DNA from: Capsulimonadaceae bacterium
GTDB lineage: Bacteria; Armatimonadota; Armatimonadia; Armatimonadales; Capsulimonadaceae
DNA length: 64,000 nt
Reading direction: 5' to 3'
Assembly (NCBI GenBank): GCA_965215505.1
Contig: OZ244065.1
Span: 800,001-864,000, forward strand
Part shown: piece by piece, positions 27,918 to 37,709 of the stretch
Position numbering within the stretch: position 1 is the stretch's first letter
Layout: every line of letters begins with the position of its first letter
Made by a program: the position numbers and the translations under genes
Notes under the pieces: generated by a model
What the model was told of the DNA's origin: nothing
What the model saw: only the letters and a program-made list of their open reading frames with translations
Databases searched by the model: none

Positions 27918-28397
27918 GTGGTAGAACTTGGCGTGGACCAGCAGGAGTTCATGGATGAGCTGATCCGCGCGGACATGGTCTTGGAGGCGGTCAAGTTCTA
28001 CCGGCACGTCACGGGATGCGGGTTGAACCAGGCAGTCGAAGCAATGGTCATGCGAAAGCAGCACCAGGGGGTGAGTTTTTGGGGCGACAGCCTTGCCCGT
28101 AAACGCGCTTTCGAGAGGCTGTACGCCATCAAAGACCCGGTCATCGTCATCGAGGGTTCGTGGGAGGGAGACAGTTGGGGCTGGATGGTTGTGCTGATGG
28201 CCATCACGCTCGCCCCGTCTGAGTACCACACGAGGTACACGGCGCATGGCCTCTGTGCTGTGAGGCAGTTTGAGTATCAAGTGGAAAGAGCCGCAGCCCT
28301 GGGGCGGGAACTGGCTGAGGCGGCAGGGGCACCCTTTTACCTGACGAGCGTTGAGGTAGACGATGAAGTAAGATGGTGGGACACGCAGCGGGCCTGA
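27918..28397 (+). CDS. Hypothetical protein with an N-terminal ribosomal L7/L12 C-terminal-like motif
   Basis: EAVKFYRHVTGCGLNQAVEA resembles the AIKxxRxxTGxGLxEAK motif; start uncertain. Confidence 0.55.
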   Translation: MVELGVDQQEFMDELIRADMVLEAVKFYRHVTGCGLNQAVEAMVMRKQHQGVSFWGDSLARKRAFERLYAIKDPVIVIEGSWEGDSWGWMVVLMAITLAPSEYHTRYTAHGLCAVRQFEYQVERAAALGRELAEAAGAPFYLTSVEVDDEVRWWDTQRA

Positions 28398-28444
28398 AAG
28401 TCTCCCTACAGTCGCCTGTGCCAAAATCCCAGGCCGTTAGACAC

Positions 28445-29293
28445 TTATCCGCACTGCCACAGGAAAAGGCCCTGGGGCGTGACCGGATCGGGACTGATGA
28501 ACAGGTAGCCAGTGCCGAGGTCGCCGAAATCGGCGGCGTCAACGTCGTAAGCGGAGACAGACCCGAGCGGGGACACGCCTGGAGCATAGATGCCGCCGCG
28601 CAGGTCGGGGTCAGGGCTGGCCGGCTCGCTTGCCTCGACCCTGCCGTCCTCCTTGCTCCGGTGCCAGACAGTCACACCCGCCGCATCCGCGCTGGGGATG
28701 GGGCCGGGGAGATTATAAGCGGAGCCCAGTTGCGCCGCGAAGCGGAAGGCAGGATCGAAGCTCTCGCCCCCCTGTATCCACAGCGGGACGCTGCCGAGTT
28801 TCGCGCCATCAGCGACACTGGCTATTGTTGTTTCCGTGGCCTCATCGTGCCATCCGTAGCTGTCCCCGTTGAGGAATGCGGGTTTCAGATCCGGCGTCAC
28901 CAGATCGTCCCGCTCCTCCCAGGCCGTGACACGCATCTCGATCTGCTTGGGCGTACCCGGCGCGGGCGGCTCGGTTAGGCCGCTGCCGAGTTCGTGGGCG
29001 TCGAGGAAGACGACAGCGTTCGCGCCGCTGCCGGCGGCATAGTTCTCGCAGTCGGTTTCGTCCGGGGAATGGCCGCATTGGAAGACCAGCACCGCGCGGC
29101 CGTCCGCTCCCAGGTCGAGCCGTCCTGCGCTGTGGGTAAACGTGGCGAGGTGCGTCTGCGGGTGGCCGCATCCGAGGCAGAGCGGCCACTTGTCAGCGGG
29201 CAGCCCCCAGGGCAGACCACCGAACTTGTCGCATGACTGCGTCTGTGGTGGAGAAAGCGCGCCCAGAGCCAGCGTCGGCACGAAATATCTCAT
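28445..29293 (-). CDS. DUF1963/YwqG-like protein
   Basis: KFGGLP..WPxCxxC, KLGSVPLWIQ, DFGDLGTGYLF, terminal WQCG; GGAGG RBS. Confidence 0.65.
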   Translation of the reverse strand: MRYFVPTLALGALSPPQTQSCDKFGGLPWGLPADKWPLCLGCGHPQTHLATFTHSAGRLDLGADGRAVLVFQCGHSPDETDCENYAAGSGANAVVFLDAHELGSGLTEPPAPGTPKQIEMRVTAWEERDDLVTPDLKPAFLNGDSYGWHDEATETTIASVADGAKLGSVPLWIQGGESFDPAFRFAAQLGSAYNLPGPIPSADAAGVTVWHRSKEDGRVEASEPASPDPDLRGGIYAPGVSPLGSVSAYDVDAADFGDLGTGYLFISPDPVTPQGLFLWQCG

Positions 29294-29321
29294 GTAATCT
29301 TCCTCCCCCGACTCAAAGCCA

Positions 29322-32300
29322 TCACGGCACCTCCACCATCTCCACGTCGTCTATCCAGACCTTGGGCTGATGCCCGGCAGCGTTCGTCGCCAGTTGCAGG
29401 GAAATCGTCGCCCCGGTCGCCCCGTATGGAGCGGCGTAGGGGACGGCGACGTTGTAGTAGTTGAAGCGGGCGTCGCGCAGCGTCTTCCAGCCCTCCGGGT
29501 CGGCCTGCTCGTTGGCGACCCAGACGGCGCCGCCGGGGTGGCCCGGCGGGACGTGCCAGGAAACCCAGACCTCAAACGCGGCGTAGCCCCGGCCAAGCCC
29601 CACGGCCTTCTTCTCGGGTGCCAGCCCATCGGAACGGAAGTGCAGGCGCAGCGTGTAATGCTGCCCGCCGACGACCGGGACGGTCTGGGTCACATTCACA
29701 TACCCCCCACCCTTGCCGCCGCTTGCGGCTTTCAGGAAGTCCTCGTATTTCGGGGCCGCGTAGGCATCGGGCGGGTACGTCACGGGTGTAGTCTGCTCTA
29801 AAAGGAGCGACTGTGTTCCACTATGCGCCGCACCGGGGGTCAGCCGGGCCGAAGCCCCGTTCCGCTGTTCGCCGACGATCCAGCCCGTCTCGGCGGAGGC
29901 AGCCAGCGGCGACTCGAAGCCGCCGTTCTGCACGAGGTTCGGCCCCAGCGGCATCTCCAGCGGCCCCCAATTGCCGGGCGAAAGCCGCGCCTCCGTGGTC
30001 AGGTCGGCGGTCATCCGGGTGTCCTGGTTATAATGGTACAGCCGGAGCGACCGGCTGCGCCCCGTGTCATCGGCGTAGATGACGCCGACATCCCCGCGCA
30101 GATCGTCCGTCACCAATGGGTCTAGTCCGAGGTCGGCCAGCGGCACGGCGGCTTCCAAAGTGTAGGAGCCGGATCCGCGCTTGAAGGCGACGCGGGCGTT
30201 CGGGAGCAGCACGATCCTGTCTACCCGTGTCGCCATGAGCTGAATGGGGGTTTGTGTACCCGGCACGACGGGGCGGTACAGGACGGCGACCGACTTTCCT
30301 GCGTAGAAGCCGAGCAGCAGGCGCTCGTCGCCTACCACGGGTGCGTAGTGGACAGGGTCGGGGCGGGGGGACAGCATCAGGTCCACGCAGTCGCCTGAGA
30401 GGAACAGCGTCTGCCAGTTTGTCCCTTTGTTGACGAGAGATGCGCCCCGGACGGCGTAAGCCAGGTAGAGGTTCCGCGCGTCCCGCGCCAGTGCGACGCG
30501 GGCCGTGCGGCCCCTGCCGCCTTCCAGCATGACGCTCGCCGCCATGTCCCAGCCGCTCAGGCTCCCGTTGATCGCGGGAGGCGTCGCCGCCCAGGCGACG
30601 TGAATGATCGGGGGCGGGGCGGCAGGCTTCGGAGTAGGCGCGGCGCGCGCCACGGCCGCCGCCTGGGCATCGGCCGCCGTCAGCCGAAGCGGCTCTTCAA
30701 AGCGCCCGCCGGTCAGCCCGGTGAGGCGGAGCAAATGGTAAGCGTCGTTCGCGCCGTTGATGATCTCGGGGACACCGCCGGGCGTCTGGTAAGTATAACG
30801 GTACGACTCATCCCATTTGGCGGCGGGGCCGAGCCGCGTGTCGTCGAGCAGGGTGCCGACGTACAGCCCGTCTGTGGTCAGCAGGTACGGGCGGTAGTTG
30901 CCATGCCAAAGCCACGTCACCAGGACTTGTCCCAGGCCGGGCGCGGTGAACTCGCCGATGACGGCGTCCGCCAGCACGTCCTTGACGCCCTGCTTTGCTA
31001 TGTCCGGGCGCGCGACGCCCCACAATTTGCTGCCGTTCTGGTCGAAGCAGGCGAGGGCATCATGGCCGGGCGCGTTGTACTCGTACCCGTAGGAGACGAC
31101 CAGCTTGTCGTCCTGGGTGACGTACAGGCTGCTGATGTTCCCCGGCTCATCCGTCAGCAGGATTCGCCGCGCGTGGGCGATGTCGTAGACCGGTGCCCCG
31201 CCGGGTGTCCAGCCGGACACGTCCACGCGGTAGACGGCCTCCTTGTCTTTGGTAAAGCCAGCGAAGGTGATGCTGCCGTCCGAGCCGACGGCGGCCCCCC
31301 ACCCCAGGGACCACTCCGGCTGCCTGCCCTCGTCGTAGGCGGCGGAGCGGCTGACGGTCTGCGACCAGTGCATCTCGCCGGGCTGGACCAGACCGTCCCC
31401 GTCGTCATCTGTCCAGGAGAAATTGTCGCCGGAGTGGCCGCGAAAGAAGTCCGGATACCAGTCCGGGTAGGAGTGCGTGTGCAGGTCGCTGTCCCAATCC
31501 TGCCTGGCTGTGCCGTCCCCCGAAGTCAGGCGGCTCAAGCCGCCCAGGGCGGCGACGGGTTGGAGGCGGTCGCCGTCCCGGCACAGGATGGTGACGATGC
31601 CCCGGTCGCCGACGATGCCGAGGTACTGTCTGCCGCCATGCGTGAACGAGCGCGCGGCGGGGGCACCGCCGTTCGCGCTCGGCAGGAACGGCTGGTCTTT
31701 CTCCATCCGGCGCAGCGGTGTGGCGACGGGGACGGCGGTCTTCCTGGCTTCGTCCACGCGCCAGAACGCGCCTTCGGCGAAGACGCGGGACGGGTCGCCG
31801 GGGTCACGCCAGAAGGGCGGGCCGCCGCCATAGGGGGCCGGGCCGAGGTAGTCGCGGACGAACGCGCCGGTTGCGGAGTCCCAGACGCTCACGCGGCACG
31901 GGGAGTCATCGTCCTCCGCCACCCACAGCCGCCCGGCGTCGGTGACGGCCAGGCCGCGCGGGACCAGCATACCCGCCGGGCCCAACGCCCCCACCCAGGG
32001 TCGTCCACCCAGCCGGCCTATGGCGCGCAGGAACTTCCCGGACGGCGAGAAGACCTTGACCTGGAACGACGCGCCCCAATCGCTGACATAGACGCGGCCC
32101 GCCGCGTCGGTCGTCACGTCATGCGGGGCCACCAGATCATGGTCAATCAGAGGTATGACGCGCTTGGTGGCCGGGTCCACGCGCACCACGGAGGCCCCGC
32201 TGACGGCCAGCAGACTGCCGTCCGCCAGCGCGCGCAGGCCGACAGGTTTGGGGAGCGGGATTTCGCCCACCTTCTGCGCCGTGGCGGCATCCAGCACGAG

Positions 32301-33176
32301 CAGTTTGTCGTCATAGTTCATCGCCACATAGACCCGGCCCGCCGTGGCGGCGACGCCCAGCGCACTCGTGGCCTCGCCGACATCCGTGCTGAAGTAGCGG
32401 GGCTGGCCGCCGTACTTCGCCGCGTCGAAGGTCTTGTCCTTCCGCATCTCCCACAAGGGCGTGACGGCCTCGCGGTAGGGCCAAGTCGCGACGCGGAGGG
32501 CGGGGTCATGCTCGGTGAAGCGCGCGGGCCGACCGGTGCGCTTGTCCAGGCAGACCAGGATGGCGCGCTCGACAGCGTTGTGCCCATTGAAGTCGCCCGG
32601 CCCGGTCAGCTCAGGACCCGAATAGAGTGCGTAGAGGTAGTCCCCGCTGAGGGCCAGCGAGACGCAGCGCGGGAAGATGTCTACATGATAGCCCCACTGC
32701 CGCTGCCCGTTCCTGTCCACGGCGATGAGGCCGCAGCCTTTCTCGGAGCCGGGGGCGGCCAGGAAGACCCACTGGCCGTCCGTCGCGGCCCCCTGCGGGT
32801 TCGCCTCGTCACTGAGCCAGTCGCCCTTGTCGTCCGCCGTGGGCCAGGGCGGGCTGCCAGGGTTGCCCAGGGTCATCCGGTAATCCAGGCCGAGCGGGGG
32901 GTGGTAGATCGCCTTGATCCGGTAGGAGCCGGCGGGGATCGGCTTCCCGTACTGGTCCAGGCCGTCCCAATGCTCCGTGTTCCGGCCCGCGCCCCGGTGT
33001 TCGCCGCGCACGATCCAGCGAAGCAGGCGGCCCGAGGGATCGAAGACGCCCAGGGTCAGGTCGCCTTCTTTCGGCATGGTGTAGGAGCAGATCAGCGCGC
33101 CTCCGGCACGCCCGGCGACAGGCGTGAGAAGCATGACAAGAGCGATCAGGCAAAGACGCCAGGAGCGGCGCAGCAT
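29322..33176 (-). CDS. Large secreted protein: FlgD-like Ig domain, NHL/beta-propeller repeats, CBM9-like and carbohydrate-binding C-terminal domains
   Basis: Signal peptide from ATG 33176; WDGLDQYGKPIPAGSY (FlgD-Ig); DAAGRVYVSD..QVKVFSPSG (NHL-like); PPAINGSLSGW and YTLEAAVPL (CBM9-like); NLVQNGGFE..VWIDDV (CBM4/9-like). Confidence 0.75.
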   Translation of the reverse strand: MLRRSWRLCLIALVMLLTPVAGRAGGALICSYTMPKEGDLTLGVFDPSGRLLRWIVRGEHRGAGRNTEHWDGLDQYGKPIPAGSYRIKAIYHPPLGLDYRMTLGNPGSPPWPTADDKGDWLSDEANPQGAATDGQWVFLAAPGSEKGCGLIAVDRNGQRQWGYHVDIFPRCVSLALSGDYLYALYSGPELTGPGDFNGHNAVERAILVCLDKRTGRPARFTEHDPALRVATWPYREAVTPLWEMRKDKTFDAAKYGGQPRYFSTDVGEATSALGVAATAGRVYVAMNYDDKLLVLDAATAQKVGEIPLPKPVGLRALADGSLLAVSGASVVRVDPATKRVIPLIDHDLVAPHDVTTDAAGRVYVSDWGASFQVKVFSPSGKFLRAIGRLGGRPWVGALGPAGMLVPRGLAVTDAGRLWVAEDDDSPCRVSVWDSATGAFVRDYLGPAPYGGGPPFWRDPGDPSRVFAEGAFWRVDEARKTAVPVATPLRRMEKDQPFLPSANGGAPAARSFTHGGRQYLGIVGDRGIVTILCRDGDRLQPVAALGGLSRLTSGDGTARQDWDSDLHTHSYPDWYPDFFRGHSGDNFSWTDDDGDGLVQPGEMHWSQTVSRSAAYDEGRQPEWSLGWGAAVGSDGSITFAGFTKDKEAVYRVDVSGWTPGGAPVYDIAHARRILLTDEPGNISSLYVTQDDKLVVSYGYEYNAPGHDALACFDQNGSKLWGVARPDIAKQGVKDVLADAVIGEFTAPGLGQVLVTWLWHGNYRPYLLTTDGLYVGTLLDDTRLGPAAKWDESYRYTYQTPGGVPEIINGANDAYHLLRLTGLTGGRFEEPLRLTAADAQAAAVARAAPTPKPAAPPPIIHVAWAATPPAINGSLSGWDMAASVMLEGGRGRTARVALARDARNLYLAYAVRGASLVNKGTNWQTLFLSGDCVDLMLSPRPDPVHYAPVVGDERLLLGFYAGKSVAVLYRPVVPGTQTPIQLMATRVDRIVLLPNARVAFKRGSGSYTLEAAVPLADLGLDPLVTDDLRGDVGVIYADDTGRSRSLRLYHYNQDTRMTADLTTEARLSPGNWGPLEMPLGPNLVQNGGFESPLAASAETGWIVGEQRNGASARLTPGAAHSGTQSLLLEQTTPVTYPPDAYAAPKYEDFLKAASGGKGGGYVNVTQTVPVVGGQHYTLRLHFRSDGLAPEKKAVGLGRGYAAFEVWVSWHVPPGHPGGAVWVANEQADPEGWKTLRDARFNYYNVAVPYAAPYGATGATISLQLATNAAGHQPKVWIDDVEMVEVP

Positions 33177-33186
33177 GAGCAATGCC

Positions 33187-33708
33187 CTATGCCTGCCGAT
33201 GCCCGTGCAGGACCGAGAGCAGGACGGCTTGGCCGCCGTGATAGGCTTCGTGGGTGAGGACATGGTGGAGGAGCCAGCGGCGGGTGAACTCGGTATCTCC
33301 TCGGGGCCGGGCGAGGGTGGGATCGTCCCAGGCCGCGACGATCTGCCTGGTGCGGGCGCGTATTTCGTCGTGCTGGGCGAGGAACCAGGAGAGTGGCCGT
33401 GCGGGCGGCTGGGGCCATGTCAAGTCGTATTGCCGCGTTTCTCGGGACAGAAGCCGCGCCAGTTCTTCCTCGGGGCGGGCTTGTCCCGCACCCACATGGT
33501 GCAGCCAGCCGGCCTCGACATCGGTGATGTGCAGGATGAGGGTGCCGATGCTATGGCCATCGGGGAACGGCTGCCAGAGGACGGTTTCGTCTGAAACGGT
33601 CCCCAATTCCTCACGCCACTCGTTTGTGCCGTCGTCCAGCATCGCCAGCAGAAGGCCCATCTGGACGTCCGCGCCAGGAATCGGCGGAACATCAACGCGC
33701 TCGGTCAT
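33187..33708 (-). CDS. DinB family protein
   Basis: SIGTLILHITDVE and WLLHHVLTHEAYHGGQ His-triad motifs. Confidence 0.85.
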   Translation of the reverse strand: MTERVDVPPIPGADVQMGLLLAMLDDGTNEWREELGTVSDETVLWQPFPDGHSIGTLILHITDVEAGWLHHVGAGQARPEEELARLLSRETRQYDLTWPQPPARPLSWFLAQHDEIRARTRQIVAAWDDPTLARPRGDTEFTRRWLLHHVLTHEAYHGGQAVLLSVLHGHRQA

Positions 33709-34040
33709 CCCTGGTCTTCCTCCGCGTCCACCAGGCCCTCTTCCGTGCCCACTTTGTGGATGTAGACGGGGACGTAGCCCCACGTCCGGTAGAAGCGCAG
33801 CGCCAGCTCGGCCTCATCAAAATCCGCATCCACGATGTTGCCTTGATAGACGGCGACATATTGACCGTAGAACTGGTCTATCTGGATCTGGGGCATCTGG
33901 TTGAAGGCGGTCACTTCCTTCCAGAAGGGCGCTTCCTCCAGTGTGGCGCGGCGGCGGGCCGTTTCCAGATAGGCGTCAAGTGCGGCGGAGCGGGACAAAC
34001 CAGCGACGGGCGGGTGGTTGTCATCGGCGGGTGACGACAT
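33705..34040 (-). CDS. Small hypothetical protein (DUF5678-like)
   Basis: YGQYVAVYQGNIVDAD motif; GGAGG RBS; ATGA overlap with the dinB-family gene. Confidence 0.6.
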   Translation of the reverse strand: MSSPADDNHPPVAGLSRSAALDAYLETARRRATLEEAPFWKEVTAFNQMPQIQIDQFYGQYVAVYQGNIVDADFDEAELALRFYRTWGYVPVYIHKVGTEEGLVDAEEDQG

Positions 34041-34058
34041 GGGTATTACCTCCCGCCA

Positions 34059-34087
34059 AGTATAACAAAAGCCCACTAACCTGTCAA
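34059..34087 (-). promoter_or_regulatory. sigma70-type promoter for the DUF5678-DinB pair
   Basis: TTGACA-N17-TATACT on the minus strand. Confidence 0.75.
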
Positions 34088-34108
34088 GCGCCGACACTGA
34101 GGCGGGTC

Positions 34109-35137
34109 TCAGGGGCGGTGCGCGGCGGACGGGATGAAGTGGACCGCGAAGGCGGCCAGGGCGATGAGGAGGACGAGGGTGCCGAAGACGACGAGGAGGG
34201 TGTTGGAGAACGGCAGGTTGAGCTTGCCGGCGAGGCGGCCCGCGCCCGCCGCGTTCTCCGTCTCGCCCTCGCGCTCGGCGCGCAGGGCGGCGACATCCAC
34301 AGTGGCCGGGTCCTCCAAAGCACCGATGAGCGCGGTCATGGTCGGCCAGCGGTCCGAAGGGTTGCGCCGGATCGCCTTCATGACCGTCTCCTCCAGCGCG
34401 GGCGGGACGTCTTTACGGAACTGGTGCAGCGGCGGGGCTTTGGCGTTGACGTGCTGGTTCATCACGGCCAGCGCGTTGTCGCCCCGGTAGGGCAGGCAGC
34501 CGGCGAGGTACTCATAGAGGATCATGCCCAGGGCATAAACATCTGTCCGGCTGTCCCCCCTCCCCCCCTGAATCTGCTCCGGGGCCATGTAGTCGGGGGT
34601 GCCGACCTGCGAGGACAGGGGACCCCAGGTGACGCGCCGCGCCCCCTGCATGAACGCGATGCCGAAGTCCATCACCTTCGCCTGTCCTTCGGGGGTGATG
34701 ATGACGTTCTCGGGCTTCAGGTCCCGGTGCGCCACATGGTTCTCGTGCGCGTAGGCCAGGGCACGCGCCAGTTGCAGCCCCAGGTCAACGGCCTGCGGGA
34801 AGTCCTTCGGGTCGCGGTGCGAGCCGCGCGCATCCAGGGCATGGCGCAGGGTGTCGCCGGGCACATATTCCAGTACCAGGAACTCCGAGTGGTTCAGGGT
34901 CGCCAGCTCATGGAGGCGCTGGATGTTCGGGTGGTTCAGCAGGTGGCCGATCTTGACCTCGCGCGTGAACCGCTCGTGGGTTGCCACGTCCCCCATGATC
35001 TCCTCATGCGGGAACTTCAGGACGACCCGTTGGTCGTCCTGAGTGTCATGGGCGAGGTAGACGTTGCTCATGCCGCCGTGCCCCAGGGCGCGGATGATCG
35101 AGTAGCGGCCGAGCTGCTGCCCCGGTTCGAATTGCAT
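34109..35137 (-). CDS. Hanks-type Ser/Thr protein kinase with C-terminal TM anchor
   Basis: LGHGGMSNV, HRDLKPEN, DFG, GTPDYMAPE; single TM helix followed by only about 9 residues. Confidence 0.93.
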   Translation of the reverse strand: MQFEPGQQLGRYSIIRALGHGGMSNVYLAHDTQDDQRVVLKFPHEEIMGDVATHERFTREVKIGHLLNHPNIQRLHELATLNHSEFLVLEYVPGDTLRHALDARGSHRDPKDFPQAVDLGLQLARALAYAHENHVAHRDLKPENVIITPEGQAKVMDFGIAFMQGARRVTWGPLSSQVGTPDYMAPEQIQGGRGDSRTDVYALGMILYEYLAGCLPYRGDNALAVMNQHVNAKAPPLHQFRKDVPPALEETVMKAIRRNPSDRWPTMTALIGALEDPATVDVAALRAEREGETENAAGAGRLAGKLNLPFSNTLLVVFGTLVLLIALAAFAVHFIPSAAHRP

Positions 35138-35146
35138 CGGTTCTGT

Positions 35147-35977
35147 TCACTCCTTTGGGCGGCCGCCGCCCTTTGACCATCGCAGGAACGCTTGCCACCA
35201 CGCGCCATTATTCGGGACGGCGGGCGTGTTTTCCTGTTCCACTTCCAGCACCTTCACGACCTGGACGCTGAGGTTGTCGGTCGCCTGCCGCTCCAGGCCC
35301 AGGGCGATGAGCTGCCGGCAGGCCTCGGCGGGTGCGTGGTCGGCGACGATGGCGGCGATGTCCAGGTCATCCAGAGGCTCCCACAGGCCGTCCGTACACA
35401 GGACGAAGGCATCGCCCGGTTCCAGGACCTCGACGCGGGAGGGGACTTGCAGGACGGGCTGGCTGCCGACGCTGCGCGTGATGATGTGCCGGCGGGGGTG
35501 GTGGCGGGCGTTCTCGGGCGTTAAGATCTGCATCCGCACCAGCTCCGCGACCTCGGAATGGTCGCGCGTGAGCGGCACGATGTTGGTCCGACTCCGGACT
35601 CGATAGGCGCGGCTGTCTCCGACGTGGGCGACATAGGCTTTGTCGCCGACGATTGCCAGCGCGACCATCGTGGTCTGCATGCGGAACGCGCCGGCCTTCA
35701 GGCCCAAGTCGTAAACGTGCAGGTTGGCGCGGGCGAACGCGTGGGCGAGGGCGCGGTCCGGCCGCTTGCCGCCGGCGTAGTAGTCGCTCACCAGGGTCTG
35801 TGCGGCCTCCCGGCTCGCCACGTCCCCCGCCCCGCTCCCGCCGACGCCGTCTGCGACGACGAAGAGACTGCCCTTGCGCCGCCGGACCTCGGCATCGTCA
35901 GGCATCCGGTGCGTGATGAAGTCCTCGTTACGGAACCGGACGTGCCCCTGTTCACTTGTCCCGGCATGGTCAATCAT
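35147..35977 (-). CDS. PP2C/PPM-family Ser/Thr phosphatase
   Basis: RFRNED, VADGVGG, HVGDSR, TRDHS, LCTDGL, DNLS. Confidence 0.93.
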   Translation of the reverse strand: MIDHAGTSEQGHVRFRNEDFITHRMPDDAEVRRRKGSLFVVADGVGGSGAGDVASREAAQTLVSDYYAGGKRPDRALAHAFARANLHVYDLGLKAGAFRMQTTMVALAIVGDKAYVAHVGDSRAYRVRSRTNIVPLTRDHSEVAELVRMQILTPENARHHPRRHIITRSVGSQPVLQVPSRVEVLEPGDAFVLCTDGLWEPLDDLDIAAIVADHAPAEACRQLIALGLERQATDNLSVQVVKVLEVEQENTPAVPNNGAWWQAFLRWSKGGGRPKE

Positions 35978-35983
35978 ATGTTT

Positions 35984-36026
35984 TAAAACAGAAGGCCGGG
36001 GGCCGGTCACAGACCAGCCCCCGGCC
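35984..36026 (-). terminator. GC-rich hairpin with U-tract between the permease and the phosphatase
   Basis: Minus strand GGCCGGGGGC-TGGTCTGTGACCG-GCCCCCGGCC followed by TTCTGTTTT. Confidence 0.55.
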
Positions 36027-36041
36027 GGGGAGAAGAACGGC

Positions 36042-37709
36042 CTAGCGCATGGAGACGGACTCGACGCGCATTTCCTTGTGGTCGGGTGCCAGGAACATCG
36101 GCTCCTTACGGATGCCGCTGCGGACGGCGAGGTAGGCGAACGACAGCACCATGAACGAGGCCGAGAAGATCAGGGCGACCTTGGCATCGTACTTGGAAGC
36201 GGCCGTCGCAGACGGGGCGAAGAAGGCGAAGTAGATGTCGCCAATCATCAGGCCGAAGTTCAGGAACATGCCCAGGATCGGCGCAAGCTTGGTGGTGAAT
36301 ACCTCCGCGCCTTTAACGTGCGAGAAAGCAATATAGGTCGCCAGGCACGTCATGCCGTACAGCAGGAACGTCCCCAAGTTCGAGATGATTGCCACTTTCA
36401 GCAGGTTGTCCGAGTTCAGGACGCCATAGCCACCGATGATCGCCGAGATCACGGTCAGCATGATGATCGCATTGTGCGGGGTGTTGTGCTTGCCGTGTAG
36501 GGCACCGAACGGGCCAGGCAGTTCGTCGTCCTTGCCCATGGCGTAGGAGACGCGAACGCCGGTAGACAGGCAGGAGAGAGCAGTTCCGACCAGGGCGAGA
36601 ACGACGGTGGCGGCCATGATGACCTCGAACTGCAAGCCGTGGCCGTGCAGGAGCGAGTCGCCGATGATCTTGGAGAAGTCGCCGATGGGCGCACTGGAGG
36701 CGGCGGCGGCGTCGAACCCGCGCACGATGCTCCCGCCGGCATAGGCGGTCTGGTCAATGGCGTGGTCGGTGATCGAGGTGATTTTCGGGTCGATCATCGA
36801 AAAATTCTGTCCGGCTTTGTCCAGGACGCCCGCGTAGTTCTGGCCGATGAAGTAGTTCGCGCCGAAGTATTCAAAGGAGTAGAAGATGACCGCCTGGATG
36901 ATCAGCGACAGGAGGACGCCGCGCGGGATGTCCTTCTGCGGGTTCTTCGCCTCGGCGGCCAGGGCGGTCGCCGACTCGAAGCCGACCACGAGCAGGATGG
37001 CGATGGTGGACTGGAACAGGAGCTGGCTGAAGCCGTGCGGGCTGATGACGCTCAGGCCATTAGGATGGACATAGGAAACCTCGGGATGCCCGGAGCGGTA
37101 GACGATCGCCAGGATCGTGAAGGTCAGCAGGGCGAGGATCTGGATCACGTTGATGACGACGTTCGCCATGGTCGAGCCGCTGACGCCCCGGTAGGCAATG
37201 GCCCCGGTGATGGCGGCGAAGATGACGCAGAGCGCGACCGGCTGCCACAGATGGCTCGAGTCGCCGAAGGTGGGCTTGAAGAGCTGCACGATGAAGGTCA
37301 GGATCGTCCCCATGAAGGCGACCATGACGCCCGGATATACCCAGTAGTAGAGGTGGGCGGCGCAGCCGATGATCAGCTTGGCGATTCGGGCCAGCTTGAA
37401 ATGGAAGTGCGACTCTTTCTCCAGAAATGCCGCCTCGGCATAGAAGTAGGAGCTTCCCGCGCCACCCTGGGGGTATTTTTTGGAAAGGGTGGCGTAGCAG
37501 ACGGCGGTGAGCAGGGCCACGATGGTGGCGACGGCGACGGACGCCCACATGCTGGTCGCGCCGTAGGCGCTCTGCCCCTGGAAGGTGGTCCAGAGGAACG
37601 CGCCCGGCGCGATAAGCGCCATGGCATTGATGGTGATGCCGGTCAGGCCCAGGGTGGGCTTGAGCGTCCCCCCCGTCGTGACGGCTGAAGCCGAAGTCTC
37701 GACAGCCAT
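36042..37709 (-). CDS. APC-superfamily amino acid/amine permease
   Basis: About 12 TM helices; TLGLTGITINAMALIAPG, GFES..AAEAKNPQKDIPR, HNTPHNAI; GAGAGG RBS before ATG 37709. Confidence 0.9.
   Translation of the reverse strand: MAVETSASAVTTGGTLKPTLGLTGITINAMALIAPGAFLWTTFQGQSAYGATSMWASVAVATIVALLTAVCYATLSKKYPQGGAGSSYFYAEAAFLEKESHFHFKLARIAKLIIGCAAHLYYWVYPGVMVAFMGTILTFIVQLFKPTFGDSSHLWQPVALCVIFAAITGAIAYRGVSGSTMANVVINVIQILALLTFTILAIVYRSGHPEVSYVHPNGLSVISPHGFSQLLFQSTIAILLVVGFESATALAAEAKNPQKDIPRGVLLSLIIQAVIFYSFEYFGANYFIGQNYAGVLDKAGQNFSMIDPKITSITDHAIDQTAYAGGSIVRGFDAAAASSAPIGDFSKIIGDSLLHGHGLQFEVIMAATVVLALVGTALSCLSTGVRVSYAMGKDDELPGPFGALHGKHNTPHNAIIMLTVISAIIGGYGVLNSDNLLKVAIISNLGTFLLYGMTCLATYIAFSHVKGAEVFTTKLAPILGMFLNFGLMIGDIYFAFFAPSATAASKYDAKVALIFSASFMVLSFAYLAVRSGIRKEPMFLAPDHKEMRVESVSMR

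Noticed and set aside
30600-33257. 885-aa plus-strand ORF
   Set aside because: Antisense shadow of the FlgD-Ig/propeller gene, with no recognisable domain
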